The notes under the pieces: generated by a model
Seen by the model: the letters and a program-made list of their open reading frames with translations, nothing else
The model's database searches: none
What the model was told of the DNA's origin: nothing
Assembly: GCF_002113885.1 (NCBI RefSeq)
Contig: NW_018404672.1
Coordinates: 248,259 to 312,258, forward strand
Source: Mizuhopecten yessoensis
Taxonomy: Eukaryota
Reading direction: 5' to 3'
Length of the DNA: 64,000 bases
Program-made: the position numbers and the translations under genes
Shown: positions 35,487 to 48,520 of the stretch, piece by piece
How positions within the stretch are numbered: position 1 is the stretch's first letter
Layout of the letters: every line of letters starts with the position of its first letter

Positions 35487-38400
35487 ATGTCAGAATCAAG
35501 AACACCAGCGGAGTCCGTGAAGGAGATGGGTTCTGAAGGTCAGTAGATGTTCTAAATACAGCTAGTGGCGTGTTGCGGAGATTGGAGTTTCATTTGCTAA
35601 TATTAGGAGAATATGGGGTTTCTCAATCAAATTCAGGGGTAGAAATTCGAATTAACTTTCAATATGTTGCAAGTGGGCTAAAGCAGCTTTTGTTATCAGA
35701 ATAGTGAATACTACTAGCAAAGAATTTGGCGTAGAGACAGGATATTTAAAGAGAAGGGTCAGAGGATATTTAAAGAGAAAGTGTCGGAGGACATGTAAAG
35801 AGAAAGTGTCGGAGGATATTTAAAGAGAAAGTAACGGAGGATATTTAAAGAGAAAGTGTCAGAGGATATTTAAAGAGAAAGTGTCGGAGGACATGTAAAG
35901 AGAAAGTGTCGGAGGATATTTAAAGAGAAAGTAACGGAGGATATTTAAAGAGAAAGTGTCAGAGGATATTTAAAGAGAAAGTGTCAAAATATTTAAAGAG
36001 AAAGTGCGGAGAATATTTAAAGAGAAAGTGTCAGAGGATATTTAAAGAGAAAGTGTCGGAGGACATGTAAAGAGAAAGTGTCGTGGATATTTAAAGAGAA
36101 AGTAACGGAGGATATTTAAAGAGAAAGTGTCGGAGGATATTTAAAGAGAAAGTGTCAAAATATTTAAAGAGAAAGTGTCGGAGAATATTAAAAGAGAAAG
36201 TGTCGGAGGATATTTAATGACTTCCTGTTGAATACTGTACATTGTATATATTTTACAAGTATGGCAGAATATCAATATTTTTCACAATGGTCAGTTGGAA
36301 TCAATATTTCTCATGAGTGCTGGAATTAGTAGACTTAAGTGTAACATTTGAGGCCAGGTTCATGTGGCATCACATGTACACTCGACAACAATGCCATGCA
36401 TAAATTTGAATTGGTTACTCATCCCAACTCTACAAATTAAATTGCTTCTTTTATCGGGTATAATTTCTGAACGAAAATTGATCAATTGTGTATTGCGTGA
36501 CACTATGCAGCAAACAAGTACCAAAAGTCCAAAACAACCATTTATTCTTGTGTACTGTCGATCCATCCATTGAAAAGGAAACTCCATCTTTATATGCAGT
36601 GAATAGAAAGTACTGTTCTGATTGGTCAGTGCTGAAATAATATCGTCACGTGTGGAGATATGACATTTAATATATATATATTCACTGCAGTGAAAATATT
36701 TGTTTTATCAAAACAAATTGTGAATTTCTGATACCACACTGGTGAAAAATGTTATTAATATAGAAAAGAAACCAGGAGATTGTGAGCAGCTCCCTAGCAC
36801 TTCAATGTAGGTTCATCAGGAGATGCATTTATTTTGATACAATCGCAATAACAGGACAATAACACACTATAGAAAAGTATGGTGCCATGATACATTTTGT
36901 TGTCATCACAATACAACCTTTCAAAAAAATAACATGTATATATATATATATATATACCAGTGCTCCAGATAACTTTTGAACATGTGGGGTTTTTCACCCC
37001 TACCTCTCCAAAGTGTTGGGGTGAAAACTTAAATTTTAAACCATGAAGTGCTGTAAAAGCAACGTTACCTGAAAATGTTGAAATAAGATGAATAATTTAC
37101 ATGTGTTATTCTTATAGTATACTGTTAAGAATGACTCAAATTCATATTTTTGTGTTGTCTTGACATGTGGTATTATTTTTCCATTTCACTGTGATTGTGT
37201 TTAAATGTTTAAACCCAAAACTCAATGAGTTGCATATTTTCTTCGTTTGAATAGTACACATATCCTTCTTCGTTTTTTATCATTCCATATTCGAACAGTC
37301 CTTCTTGGCTCAAAGTCAGTTCAGGTCCTAACATTTTGATTTTCATCAATGTATTGACAGTTGCTGCTTTGAGAGAGCATCTGAATCGTGACTTCGGGCG
37401 GTTTTGCACACTGAATGATCGTTCACATTCTACTGATGTTATACATGAGGTTAATGCAATTTGTGCTGAAACAGAAAAGTTTGGAATCATTTCTGAATGA
37501 AGTAAAACTACCCGCCGATTGTTGACATTTTGATAGCGCCATAATTTAATTCTCTCTAGTGTTAGCGTTTGTAACAGGAGGCATTGATTTGCATTGATAT
37601 GCAAGCGTCTCGGTGACACACTGTAAGCGTATTATAATATGCTAAATTGGACCCGGAGACTGACGCAATGTTCCGGATTTCGCTTGCGTGAATTAAGCAA
37701 GTTCATTTTTTCTTTTGCGTAATTTGTGAAATATCGTGCGTGAATACGCATTCACGCAAGCTATCTGGAGCACTGTATACAATATAATATCAAGAAAGTT
37801 TGGTGTATGTGTTTACTGGTACTGACCAATAGATCTAGTAGATCCATAAAAGCTACGTTTGTTTTGAACACAAACAGGAATTGATAACTTATTTTACGAG
37901 CTTTTGAACATGTCTGTTTCCTTTGTCAAGCAAAGAGTGTAGATCACTAAATGACCAGTGTTTCGACTTTTAACCATTGAAAACAACTCGCAAAGTCACA
38001 GTTACCAAATAAGTCAATTTTGATAAGCAAAGATTGTAAATGACCAGCGTCTTGACTGACTAAACCACTAAAAACAACTCACTAGGCCACAGTGTACGAA
38101 ATCTGTTTATTTTGTTGAGCGAAGCATGTAAATGACCAGCATCTCTACTGATCACTCAACCACTGAAAACAACTTACTAAGCCACAGTATGCGGAATCTG
38201 CTGTCAAAGATCTAGAACCAGCTGTGGTTGTAGTCTTCCTGTAGGTACTATATCTATATAGCTACCCTGCATATCATTTCATAACCTTTTTTTTCAAATT
38301 GGGACATATATACTTATAGGATAGATGGGATTCAGGTTTTTGAGGCCTTTTATAATTATAATATAAAAATGTAGCTTACAATGACTGTTGGAACACAAGG

Positions 38401-41400
38401 GACTTACTACAATGAACTGTTTACAGAGATTACGAAGCAGTCCATTCGCAAAGCAGTCTGGGATTACCTGGAGCATAACAACCTGGTGAATTTCCCACGT
38501 CCAGTTTACAACAGGATTCCTAACTTCAAGGTATGTCACCTCACTAAAAAGTCGACTTGTTCAGTGTGTGCATGGGTCCATGTGTCCAAAGTAAACCGCT
38601 ATCTTGTGAACCCCCTCAACATCAGGTTCTTTCTAATTACTTGATTGGATTTTAGAGGTCATTGGTTAAGGTTGAATGGTAAAAAGTTATACTCCACGAC
38701 TTTGCGGGAGCTGGGCATTGGGGTAATATCTGTGTGAGTGCCCGCTGAAAAAATAATGATTTTGAAATAGTTGGGAGAATTTATCATAACTTCTGTATGT
38801 TGTCAAAATGCTTCTTATTGATCAGGGCCCATGTTCATGAACTATTCTCATGCTCAAGCATGGATTTTGTGCTCAAACCAACTTATTTGTAACTCACTTG
38901 AAATCATTTCATGCAATCAAACGTCAAATCTGAACATCGAGAACAGTATTTGGCTATAAGTCTCTTCATTTTTTTTTTACGAATCATTTACAAAATAACA
39001 TTTTATTATTAATCCATATACTAAATATAAAAATTAGGTTTGAGCACAAAATTCATGCTTGAGCATAAGAACGGTTTCATGAAAACAGGGCCAGATGTTT
39101 TCATCTTATACTCAGGGTTATAACTTGACAATGGAAGATTATTTTTGAGTATCCCTGCCATCCCGATAACTAATCTTAAATTTGCACAGGAATTGATAAT
39201 TCATATCTGAAAAGAAAACCTTACCTTGCAGCACTTTTTATAAAAAGTCAATAATAGAAATGAAGTAAAAAATGTAAAAATGCAATTGAGCAAGACTAGC
39301 ATTGGAACCACATACCTTGCAATTGTTATACTGTATCACCCTAACTGCTACCTGGTCAACATCAGCTACCTAACCAGTCATATACCTGGTACATCCAAAA
39401 TCAAATTAAGGAGAGGTTACCTTATGAACAAAAAGCTACAGTAGAATTCTCTATTGTTTTGCCTGTGATTGGACATGTATCTTTATAATGCTCTCTTTCA
39501 TACAAAAATGTAATCGTTAATTTCTATCATGACAAAGTGGTGTTACTCATTCGCACAAAATCATGCAGAAGAATAAAGAACGACATTCTCTACCTCATTG
39601 ATCAGTGTTGATTTGTCTGTCTTTTAACAGGGAGCTGCTAATGCCGCTGAGAAGGTGCCAACCATGGACGAATTCAAATCAGCGAATGTCGTGAAAGTGA
39701 ACCCCGATAAACCTCAGGAAAATGTGCGCTTCCTGACTCTGGAGGTAGGTTCAGTTTAAACCTTACTGTTCATTAATCTGGGGGTAGGTTTGGTTTAGAC
39801 CTTTACACCATTCCTGAATCTGGAGGTAGGTTTGGCTTAAACTGTCTCTTGACTTTTGAGGTAGGTGAGGTTTTGTCAAAACTGTTCCTGAATCAGGAGG
39901 TAGGTCCTGTTTAGGTTTGACTGTTTTCTGAATCAGGAGGTAGGTCCTGTTTAGGTTTGACTGTTTCCTGAATCAAGAGGTAGGTCCTGTTTAGGTTTGA
40001 CTGTTTTCTGAATCAGGAGGTAGGTCCTGTTTAGGTTTGATTGTTTTCTGAATCAGGAGGTAGGTAGGCCTGTTTAGGTTTGACTGTTTTCTGAATCAGG
40101 AGGTAGGTAGGTCCTGTTTAGGTTTGACTGTTTTCTGAATCAGGAGGTAGGTAGGTCCTGTTTAGGTTTGACTGTTTTCTGAATCAGGAGGTAGGTCGGT
40201 CCTGTTTAGGTTTGACTGTTTTCTGAATCAGGAGGTAGGTAGGTCCTGTTTAGGTTTGACTGTTTTCTGAATCAGGAGGTAGGTCGGTCCTGTTTAGGTT
40301 TGACTGTTTTCTGAATCAGGAGGTAGGTAGGTCCTGTTTAGGTTTGACTGTTTTCTGAATCAGGAGGTAGGTCCTGTTTAGGTTTGACTGTTTTCTGAAT
40401 CAGGAGGTAGGTCCTGTTTAGGTTTGACTGTTTTCTGAATCAGGAGGTAGGTAGGTCCTGTTTAGGTTTGACTGTTTTCTGAATCAGGAGGTAGGTCCTG
40501 TTTAGGTTTGACTGTTTTCTGAATCAGGAGGTAGGTAGGCCTGTTTAGGTTAGACTGTTTTCTGAATCAGGAGGTAGGTAGGTCCTGTTTAGGTTTGACT
40601 GTTTTCTGAATCAGGAGGTAGGTAGGTCCTGTTTAGGTTTGACTGTTTTCTGAATCAGGAGGTAGGTAGGTCCTGTTTAGGTTTGACTGTTTTCTGAATC
40701 AGGAGGTAGGTAGGTCCTGTTTAGGTTTGACTGTTTTCTGAATCAGGAGGTAGGTAGGTCCTGTTTAGGTTTGACTGTTTTCTGAATCAGGAGGTAGGTA
40801 GGTCCTGTTTAGGTTTGACTGTTTTCTGAATCAGGAGGTAGGTCCTGTTTAGGTTTGACTGTTTTCTGGAGCAGGAATGTGTGCAGTTTAGCAACACTGT
40901 TCTTTACTTTAGTCCAGTTGATGAAAAAATAGTTTTGTGAAAAATGTAAAAGTTTAAAAATGATAAATGTTTATGTGATAGTGATAGAAATGTACATAAG
41001 TATTCTTCTGTCAACTATGTTGATTATATATATGCAGTTAGATTCAAATATTGTGTTCCCTATTTTTATAGACTTTTTTCCCCAAAATTTACACATTTTT
41101 TTCCCCTTAAAGATACGCAATATTATTTAATACTATACTTAATTACAAAACGAAGTTAAGAAATTCCTATATTCTTTACAAGAAATGAGGAGAAGAAAAG
41201 GAGGAGATGAGTTTTAGTTTGAATCATTTTCAAAATCATTGCAGGACACTGTCAGTAAATATTCGACAGGGAATCCTCTGGATCTGAACCCCAGATGGTC
41301 AAATTAGGCAATTGGGATTGTATGTAGGAGTGGCCTGGAAATGATGACTCTAAGATAAAGAAATATATAAGGGGGTACACTTGAAAAATACCTTACCGTA

Positions 41401-44173
41401 GCACCTGTATTTATTACCAGGCAAACAAGACCCTGCTAGTGCCAACCCCACGTCTGAGGACTGGCCTCTTCAACAAGATCGTGGTCCCAGAGGACGCTGG
41501 CAAGGACATGCTGAGGATCTGTTCCACAACTCAGGTATGACCTACACCAACTTGTAAAGGCTCTGTCCAGCACACACACATATATGTGGATGTTAGGGTC
41601 AAAAACATGTGACATTTGCACAATAGGCTTAAGGAAAAAATAACTTCGGGGTTGTAGGAAAGGGTTGTGGCAAAAACATGTCTTTCGTCCCCACCCCCGT
41701 CATATGCTTACATGTATTTATAAATAAATCCTCTTAATCTGGAGAATCTAAACTGGATATTCCCAAATTCCTTCAAAATTTCCCCACTTTGAATGATTAA
41801 CATTACATTATTGCAATTTGGGGGGAGGGGGGGGGGATGGTTAAAAACTTTAAAAGAAATAGGGCGAACAGAAATGTAAAATTCTACTAGGCTGATGCCT
41901 AGTGCTAGTGAGCATTTTTTGATATAATTTCACTTTGTTTTCTCAATCTTCAAAACGAAGAATCAAAGAACATTGAAATCTTGTTGATCATGACGTAAGT
42001 TAAATGTAAAACTCAAGAATGTGCAAGTTTCTCAACGAAATTGATTTTTATGTTGGAAAAATTGTCTAGATAAACATAACCGGGACAATGTCTCTGTTAG
42101 AAAACAATTGCATATTACCCAGTCAAATATTTCCTTAAATACATAAAATGGATTGTGGTGAATGTTTAAGATGTTTTATGTTGTATATCATAGGGAGTGA
42201 GGGAACACAGCGAGCCGATTGGTCTGGACGACAAAATCAAGGTTGACCTCATCATCATTGGATCAGTGGCTGTGTCCAAGGATGGTAAGTACTGGTTTTA
42301 CTCCCATACAGGACTGATACAAATAACAGTGCCCCGCCTTTGTATATGTACCTTAGGCCAAAACAAAAATATAGTCTGTTTAGGGTTGCATGGGCAAAAA
42401 AACTAGGGTAGGTAGGTCGGATTTTTTTGTGTGTATATTTTTGGTCATGTGATTATGACCCTACTATTGTATGTAAAACAAAGAATTACATAAACAAGGT
42501 TCATTTGGAGACAAATTGTGCTCCATATGATGACATTTAGCGCTAACACGGACCTGGAAGCCATTTTGAAAGGCAAGGAACCTTCTAAAATTGGAAAATC
42601 AGTGGGGTTGTTATTTTTTTTCATCAAAAAGTTTTGGGTCGGGGGTAAAAAGCTAGGGTCGGTCGGGAACCCTAAACAGACACCTTTTTTTTTTTGGCCT
42701 TATATAGAACTGCTTCAAATGACCATCACATTGGTTTGATAGAGGAGCCTTTTATGGATCTTCCTTGTAAAGTTTAAGTTCATTTATAACTAGGAAATAC
42801 AGAAAATGTACATTTTCATTTGTTTGGGAGTTTTTCTTGAAAAAATGGGGGGAAAAGGGATTCGTTTTCAACTGGATAAGATGGGAATAGGTTCTCTTAA
42901 CAAACATAAACCAGAGCTTGATTAGCCTGTAATAACTATAGAAACAAATACAAATAGACAGTGACCTGTTTATTTCTGGAACACAATGAAGTGACAGTTA
43001 ACATTTACCATAAAACTCAGCATGAAATTCGCTTTATCTTTTTCAGGTTACCGTATTGGTAAGGGGGAGGGTTTTGGAGACTTGGAGTATGCCATGATGA
43101 AAAGCATGGGTGCCATTGACGACAGCACTATTGTCATCTCGACAGTCCATGACTGTCAGGTACTCGACATCCCCGAGTCGCTGATGACCCCCCACGATGT
43201 TCAGGTTAACTACATAGTCACGCCAACTGAGATTATCAAGTGTGACTGCAAGCGTTCGCAGCCAAAGGGGATCATCTGGTCTTACCTTACTCCCAAGAAG
43301 ATGCGCCAAGTTGCAATCCTGAAGCGCTTGCGTGTGTTGGAGCGCGAGGCAGGCATTGATGTGACACTGAAGGATGGAGAGGAGTTTGATGAGACAGCCG
43401 ATGATGGAGAGGACGAAAAAGAGGGAGAGAATGACCGCTACCGTCGCAGACGTCCACCATTTAATCGAAGGCGTCGTGCCCCGGGAGGAAGAGGACGTCG
43501 TAGGCCCAACAATGAGCGAGATGGAGAATCGGCCAATGAGGAGCGTGGTGAGTCGTCCGGCAATGAGGCTACCCATGCTGAAGGTGATCAAGGACAGGAG
43601 GGTCGCAATCAGCGCAGGAGACGTCCACGACCCCCACGTAGGAGGAGGAGGGCATCTGATCGCCGCGACGAGGGTGAGGAGAACTCGGAGCAGAATGCTG
43701 ATGACTATTCACCGAGGGAAGGTGATGGGGATAGAGAAATGCCAGAAAAGCGCCGGGGAAAGGGAGGAGAGCGTCGTGAGGGAGGAGAGCGTCGTGAGGG
43801 AGGTGAGCGTCGTGCCCCGCGCAGAATGAGAAACAACCCTCGCACCAGGATGCCTACGATCTTTGTTGGAAGTATACCGCGCGCAACTCGCGTCAGTGAA
43901 CTGAAAACAAAGATTCGTGAAATGAATATCTTTCCAATTCGTGTTATATGGCACGGGGCACGCGGATATGCATTCTTTCAATTCACCAAACAGGATGAAA
44001 TGGAAACGGCCTTAGACTCTCTCAAAGAATTTGAAATCAATGGCAAGCCGCTAAGAATCGAGGAATCCAAACCGCTGACAAATCGGTCAAATTCGTCTGG
44101 CGACCGGGGAGAGGAAGGAGACCATGATGTCGTAGATGGCATGCAGCGGATGGCCATTAAGAGCGATGATTGA
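35487..44173 (+). CDS. MTHFSD: Methenyltetrahydrofolate synthetase domain-containing protein with C-terminal RRM; coding exons 35487-35538, 38427-38530, 39631-39744, 41421-41534, 42194-42284, 43047-44173 (533 aa)
   Basis: Motifs [78 protein letters not shown] and STVHDCQV, then an RRM (TIFVGSI ... RGYAFFQF). An in-frame TAA just upstream of ATG 35487 and an acceptor at 35476 imply an upstream non-coding exon. Confidence 0.94.
35745..36216. repeat. 25-bp purine-rich minisatellite, ~19 units
   Basis: Unit GAGGATATTTAAAGAGAAAGTGTCG. Confidence 0.95.
36958..37775 (-). mobile_element. Internally deleted hAT transposon retaining the transposase C-terminal dimerisation fragment
   Basis: TIRs CAGTGCTCCAGATA / TATCTGGAGCACTG. 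ORF 37209-37619 contains [47 protein letters not shown] (hATC-like). Flanked by TATAC on both sides. Confidence 0.88.
37947..38200. repeat. Degenerate ~90-bp repeat, three units
   Basis: TAAATGACCAG...AACCA(C/T)T(G/A)AAAACAACT...CACAGT recurs three times. Confidence 0.7.
38824..39092. mobile_element. ~265-bp MITE, copy 2 (GGGCC-type ends)
   Basis: Long imperfect TIRs, collinear with 31638-31897. Confidence 0.8.
39730..40870. repeat. 40/44-bp repeat (~27 units) spanning the donor of MTHFSD coding exon 3
   Basis: Unit CTGTTTTCTGAATCAGGAG|GTAGGT(AGGT)CCTGTTTAGGTTTGA versus the authentic TTCCTGACTCTGGAG|GTAGGTTCAGTTTA. Confidence 0.95.
42353..42702. mobile_element. ~350-bp MITE
   Basis: IRs AGGCCAAAA..GTCTGTTTAGGGTT / AACCCTAAACAGAC..TTTTGGCCT. 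Confidence 0.7.
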
Positions 44174-47100
44174 GGCGATACTGGATACAGGTGGTTGGGA
44201 TGCGTGTTGCACTTCTGTGCTGTGCCCACATAGTGCTAAGGTATATATTTACTGTTATTTAAAATCAGCATCAGTAACCAACGACTCCAGTCTCAGTGGC
44301 GGGGCCTATAGACTCGCAGCAAATAATCCTGATGATCGTTCATGTTCGTGGTTTTAATAAAAGATGGCATGAGAAGAACTGCAGACTTTGTTAAAGAAAT
44401 AATCATTATCACTTACCCTCTGTAGTGAGTGTCATTGTTCCAATTATATGCAGTCATGGAAGGATGCCACACTGTCGTGTTTTGTTTGAAATGGAATGAG
44501 AAATCTATCAACGTTATAGAATTGATTTTTGTCCAGTTAATTTCATGGTGAGTGGGAGTTTCTCCGATAACCTTAATCCAAAACCAGTGATTTAAGACTG
44601 TTTAATTGACTGAAAAATGTGCTAGTCCCCGAGGGCAATCAAGCGATCCTTTGATGTGGAGGACTGGACACACATTCGATTATTCACTTTTGATGGCATA
44701 ATCATAACTTAGAAATTCTGTTGCTGGAGGACAAGTTCATTGTTAACGTCACAAAGAAAGTATTCTTGATTTTGATTAAAATCATATTCATTGAAATGTT
44801 TGACACAAAATATTTTTATTTCTCATGTTTGTTTCGCGTGGGTTTGTGTCTCACCATAAGATCTCCCTTTAGTTTAAGAGACAGTTTCTCGTTGATTGCA
44901 TATTTGGCAAACTGGTTTTGATTGGTTGAACCCTTTGACCTTGATTTGTAAATGCAATATGATTGGTTGGTTGACTAAACAGCTGTTTCCTTGTTAGATT
45001 GATTCTGTAAAATGTAAATGAAAACCCATGATATGTGATGTAAAACCTGAGAACCATCTTCAGCATTTTATTAGGCGTGTTGTGCCAATGTCCATGAAAT
45101 ACCGTAGTTTTTTTATTCGATCATTTTATTTGTACATAATTCAGAATCTGTGAACAAAGGAGGCAGAATTGTATTGTATGAATAACACATCCAACAGTTT
45201 AATAATAATAATATTTCAATGGGCTTTCCATATGAAGAGATAAAACTTGTATAGAAATAAGTTTGCTTTTTTAATTTGTGGTAAAGGGAGGGGTTAAAAA
45301 CTTTGTAAGCACTCTTTCACTTCACTTAGGCAAGGTGTTGTAACAGCAGAGTGACCCAAATATCATGATTAAGACGTTTAGACAGTGATGTATATATCTG
45401 AAATCAACTTTAATACTTATAGCATTACTGGGGGGAAAGCGGAAACAGTTGTTAAGGGTCATAAGGGTTTTAACCACCAAAGGATATACGATTGTATATG
45501 CATCATTACCATCATGTATTGTTTTATTATTTTTTAGAATGGGTGTTTTTAAAAAAAAATTGGATTGAAAAGGAATTTCTATCTGACAGCTTTTATACCC
45601 ATTACTGTTATGCTTATTTGTCAATGTGTATATAGATTATACACAAACTTGTTCAAGGTTGGACACATACAGTTATTTATGAATTCAGTGCAATTTCATA
45701 ATTTTCTGAAGTATTGACATTTTGCAATTTTGATTTCACATCAATTGAAAACAGACCCATACATGAGGCTATTATAAGCAAAAGTTTTTACATATCATCG
45801 TTAACATTTAAAACTTAGAATTAGTATGGCGTGAACATTTTAAGGTGGTATGCTACCTTCTCGGAAATGCATCCCCTTTCATAAAATTTCCAAAAATAAA
45901 TAAAAAAACTGTCAAATATCTTTTATGATTCATGTTTTTGGTTACGGAAAAGTTAATTAATTTATGAAACTTTTGATTGTTAAGCAAGAATGTCTGATTT
46001 GGAAAAATATCCCAAGGGAGATAACTCTAACATAGATTGCAGATAAAATGTCAGTTGGAATTTTGTATCTGCGACCCATATGCTTTCATCCTGATATACT
46101 GTCTGTTTTCAGAAATCACAGAAATCCTCAAAAGTTATTCTTCTTTGAGTTTAAACATTCTTGCAGCAGCTAGCATCATCTGCCAAAGAAATGGATAAAA
46201 AACCTATGCAATTTTGATCCAAACAAGTGCCAGTTATTTTCAGTATTTAGCAAAAATTGTTGGTAAAAGTCGAATTCATTAACCTTACAAAGAGGAAATG
46301 TTGAAAAATTAAGTGTATTTGATGATTTGGTCACAGGGTTGGAAGCTTAAGTCTGTCTACCAGATAACCAGGTAACATCTAGGTCTACGGGGGGAAAACA
46401 GGTAACTTTTAAAATACATGTAAGAACAGGTTTATCAAAGATGGGTTTCTGTTGATTTTAAGTTTTTTTAAAACAATCTGTTTCTTGTATTCCTTGGATT
46501 AAAAGATCATAAACAAAATAGAGATAGTACAGTATACAGTAGTTTAATTACATTTTGATAAATTTCTCATGGGTAGTGGCTGTACCATCGGTATATAAGT
46601 ACGCATGACCACAGGACATATCTAGTTCAATACAAATAGAGTAGTATTTGTATTTGTGTAAGTACAATGTACAGTAAAATCAAGAACAGCTATAGGTGAA
46701 TTTTCAAATTGGTCTTATAAATGGTGACTGGTGAAATGTGCTCCACTAAATGTAAACTTCACTGGTAGCTCTTTTTGAATGCAAGCAAAATCATTCATTC
46801 ATTCAGAGTTTTTAAACTCAATTTCACTGGTGACATTTACAGAAAGTTCCTCAATTGTTTTTTCTATCGGAAATATAACAGTTAGAATCTTCCCACACTC
46901 TGCCAAAAATCAGCTGGAACCCATTTTTTAATCTTGATTTTTTGGATACCGGTATTTAGAATTCAAACAAAAAAAAATGTAATTTAGACAGTTTATAACT
47001 TCCTCAATAATAATTCCAACCCTGTTTAAATGTAATGGAAATGAATGTTGATTGATTTGTATTGTGTGATATATATCTACTGATTTAAGGAAAAGTTATT

Positions 47101-47369
47101 TGGAAATTCAATTCCCTTCAAAAAAAAGTTATGAAATTCTATGAGGTTGTGACTCGAGAAAGCATGACTGCAATATGATAGTTTATAGATATAGTTTTTT
47201 ATTAATCAATAATGATTTAATAATAAAACAATGCATTGTCATTATTGAAGTCCTCGTTTGAATATTTTTTTATAGCATGTTTACTTCAGCGACAAGGTTT
47301 TACTGGTTTTAAGAATAGCAGCAACTTCCCTGATGTACCACTCAACTGCTGTTTATCTTTTCATCTTAT

Positions 47370-47460
47370 TTACCTCATTTACCCCTAACCACACATTTGA
47401 ACTCTTCCAATTCAAAAGTTGGAATAGTCCATCATAAAGTTTCAGGGGTGAACGAATTAA
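47370..47460. mobile_element. ~91-bp MITE, subfamily B (diverged)
   Basis: Internal CACATTTGAACTCTTCCAATTCAAA..TTTCAGGGGTGAA shared with the other B copies. Confidence 0.7.
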
Positions 47461-47555
47461 CCTACATGGAGCACCAATAGCAAAGGGGTTGAGGCGACTG
47501 ACCGTCTAGGATCACCAGGCCTCCCAACACTAGGAGTGGGTAACCCCCACCCCCC

Positions 47556-47675
47556 TGGTCACAGGTTTGAGACCTATGTTGGGGCAGATGACAGGTTGGT
47601 AGTTTATCTCTGGGTACTTCAGTTTTCCTTCACCACCAAAACCTGGCTTGAGATATGATAATAGGACATAAAGCA
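47556..47675 (+). mobile_element. Decayed tRNA-SINE fragment (V-domain-like core)
   Basis: B-box-like GGTTTGAGACC and core TCTGGGTACTTCAGTTTTCCTTCACC. Confidence 0.5.
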
Positions 47676-47906
47676 TGAACTCGCAAACGATTAAATTTGC
47701 TGTTGACAATCAGCACTTTCACGGACAGCTGTACTAGAGATCAATATCCATACAATTATTTGAAGTCCTCATATAGACATCCAACAACTGTTACCTGAGA
47801 CAACAAGTCATACCACCTCCATCAGTACACTGGAAGTCAAGGCTTCTACAGACATCGATTTCATCCATATTTACTGCTCAATACTCCACCTCTCTTGTAG
47901 AACAGC

Positions 47907-48460
47907 TTTTTAATTATAGCCTACCATCACCAGATGGTGGGCTGTTCAAATCACCCTTTGTCTGTATTCCATCTTTAAACAATATTTTTATCACTATTCT
48001 CAAGAAGTACTACACAGATCATTCTCAAATTTCAAATTTCATATGAAGACTACCTTAGTCAGTACATTCGTCATGCTTGTTACATTTTGAAACTGATTGA
48101 ACAACAACATGGCTGATGGTGGGCTGTTCAAATCACCCTTTGTCTCTTCCATCTTTAAACAATATTTTTATCACTATTTCTCAAGAAGTACTACACAGAT
48201 CATTCTTAAATTTCAAATTTCATATGAAGACTCCCTGAGTCAGTACAGTAGTTGTCATGCTTGTTACATTTTGAGACTGATTGAACAACAGCATGGCTGC
48301 TCTTGCAGCCATTTGGGGTTTCGACAGGTAAAGCCTGTTATTGGTATTTCTCATTTAACTACTACACAGATATTTCTAAAATATCATATGTAGGTTCCCC
48401 TTTGTCTGAAGTTGTGCATGTTTCATTTTGAGACTGATCAGAAATAGAAGATGGCTTGCA
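47907..48460 (+). mobile_element. Second, decayed HINE-like element with a ~180-bp internal duplication
   Basis: 5' hairpin AGCCTACCATC..GATGGTGGGCT after a T-run. The 47933-48113 segment is repeated at 48115-48295. Confidence 0.55.
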
Positions 48461-48478
48461 ACACATGTAGGTCCATCA

Positions 48479-48520
48479 GGTCCTGATGAAGACTCGCTGA
48501 AGAGTCGAAACTAGTCGGTC
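48479..48520 (+). ncRNA. Minimal type I hammerhead ribozyme motif (Penelope-type)
   Basis: GGTC-CTGATGA-A-GACTC(gctgaa)GAGTC-GAAAC-TA-GTC-GGTC: intact core, 5-bp stem II, palindromic ACTAGT stem III, GUC cleavage triplet and a 4-bp stem I with two G.U pairs. Confidence 0.7.

Noticed and set aside
35745-36216. 25-bp array as another junction-seeded repeat
   Set aside because: It starts ~200 bp from the exon and shows no similarity to the exon end or donor.
43043-44357. Overlapping antisense and alternate-frame ORFs in the last MTHFSD exon
   Set aside because: Shadow ORFs of GC-richer coding sequence with no recognisable motifs.
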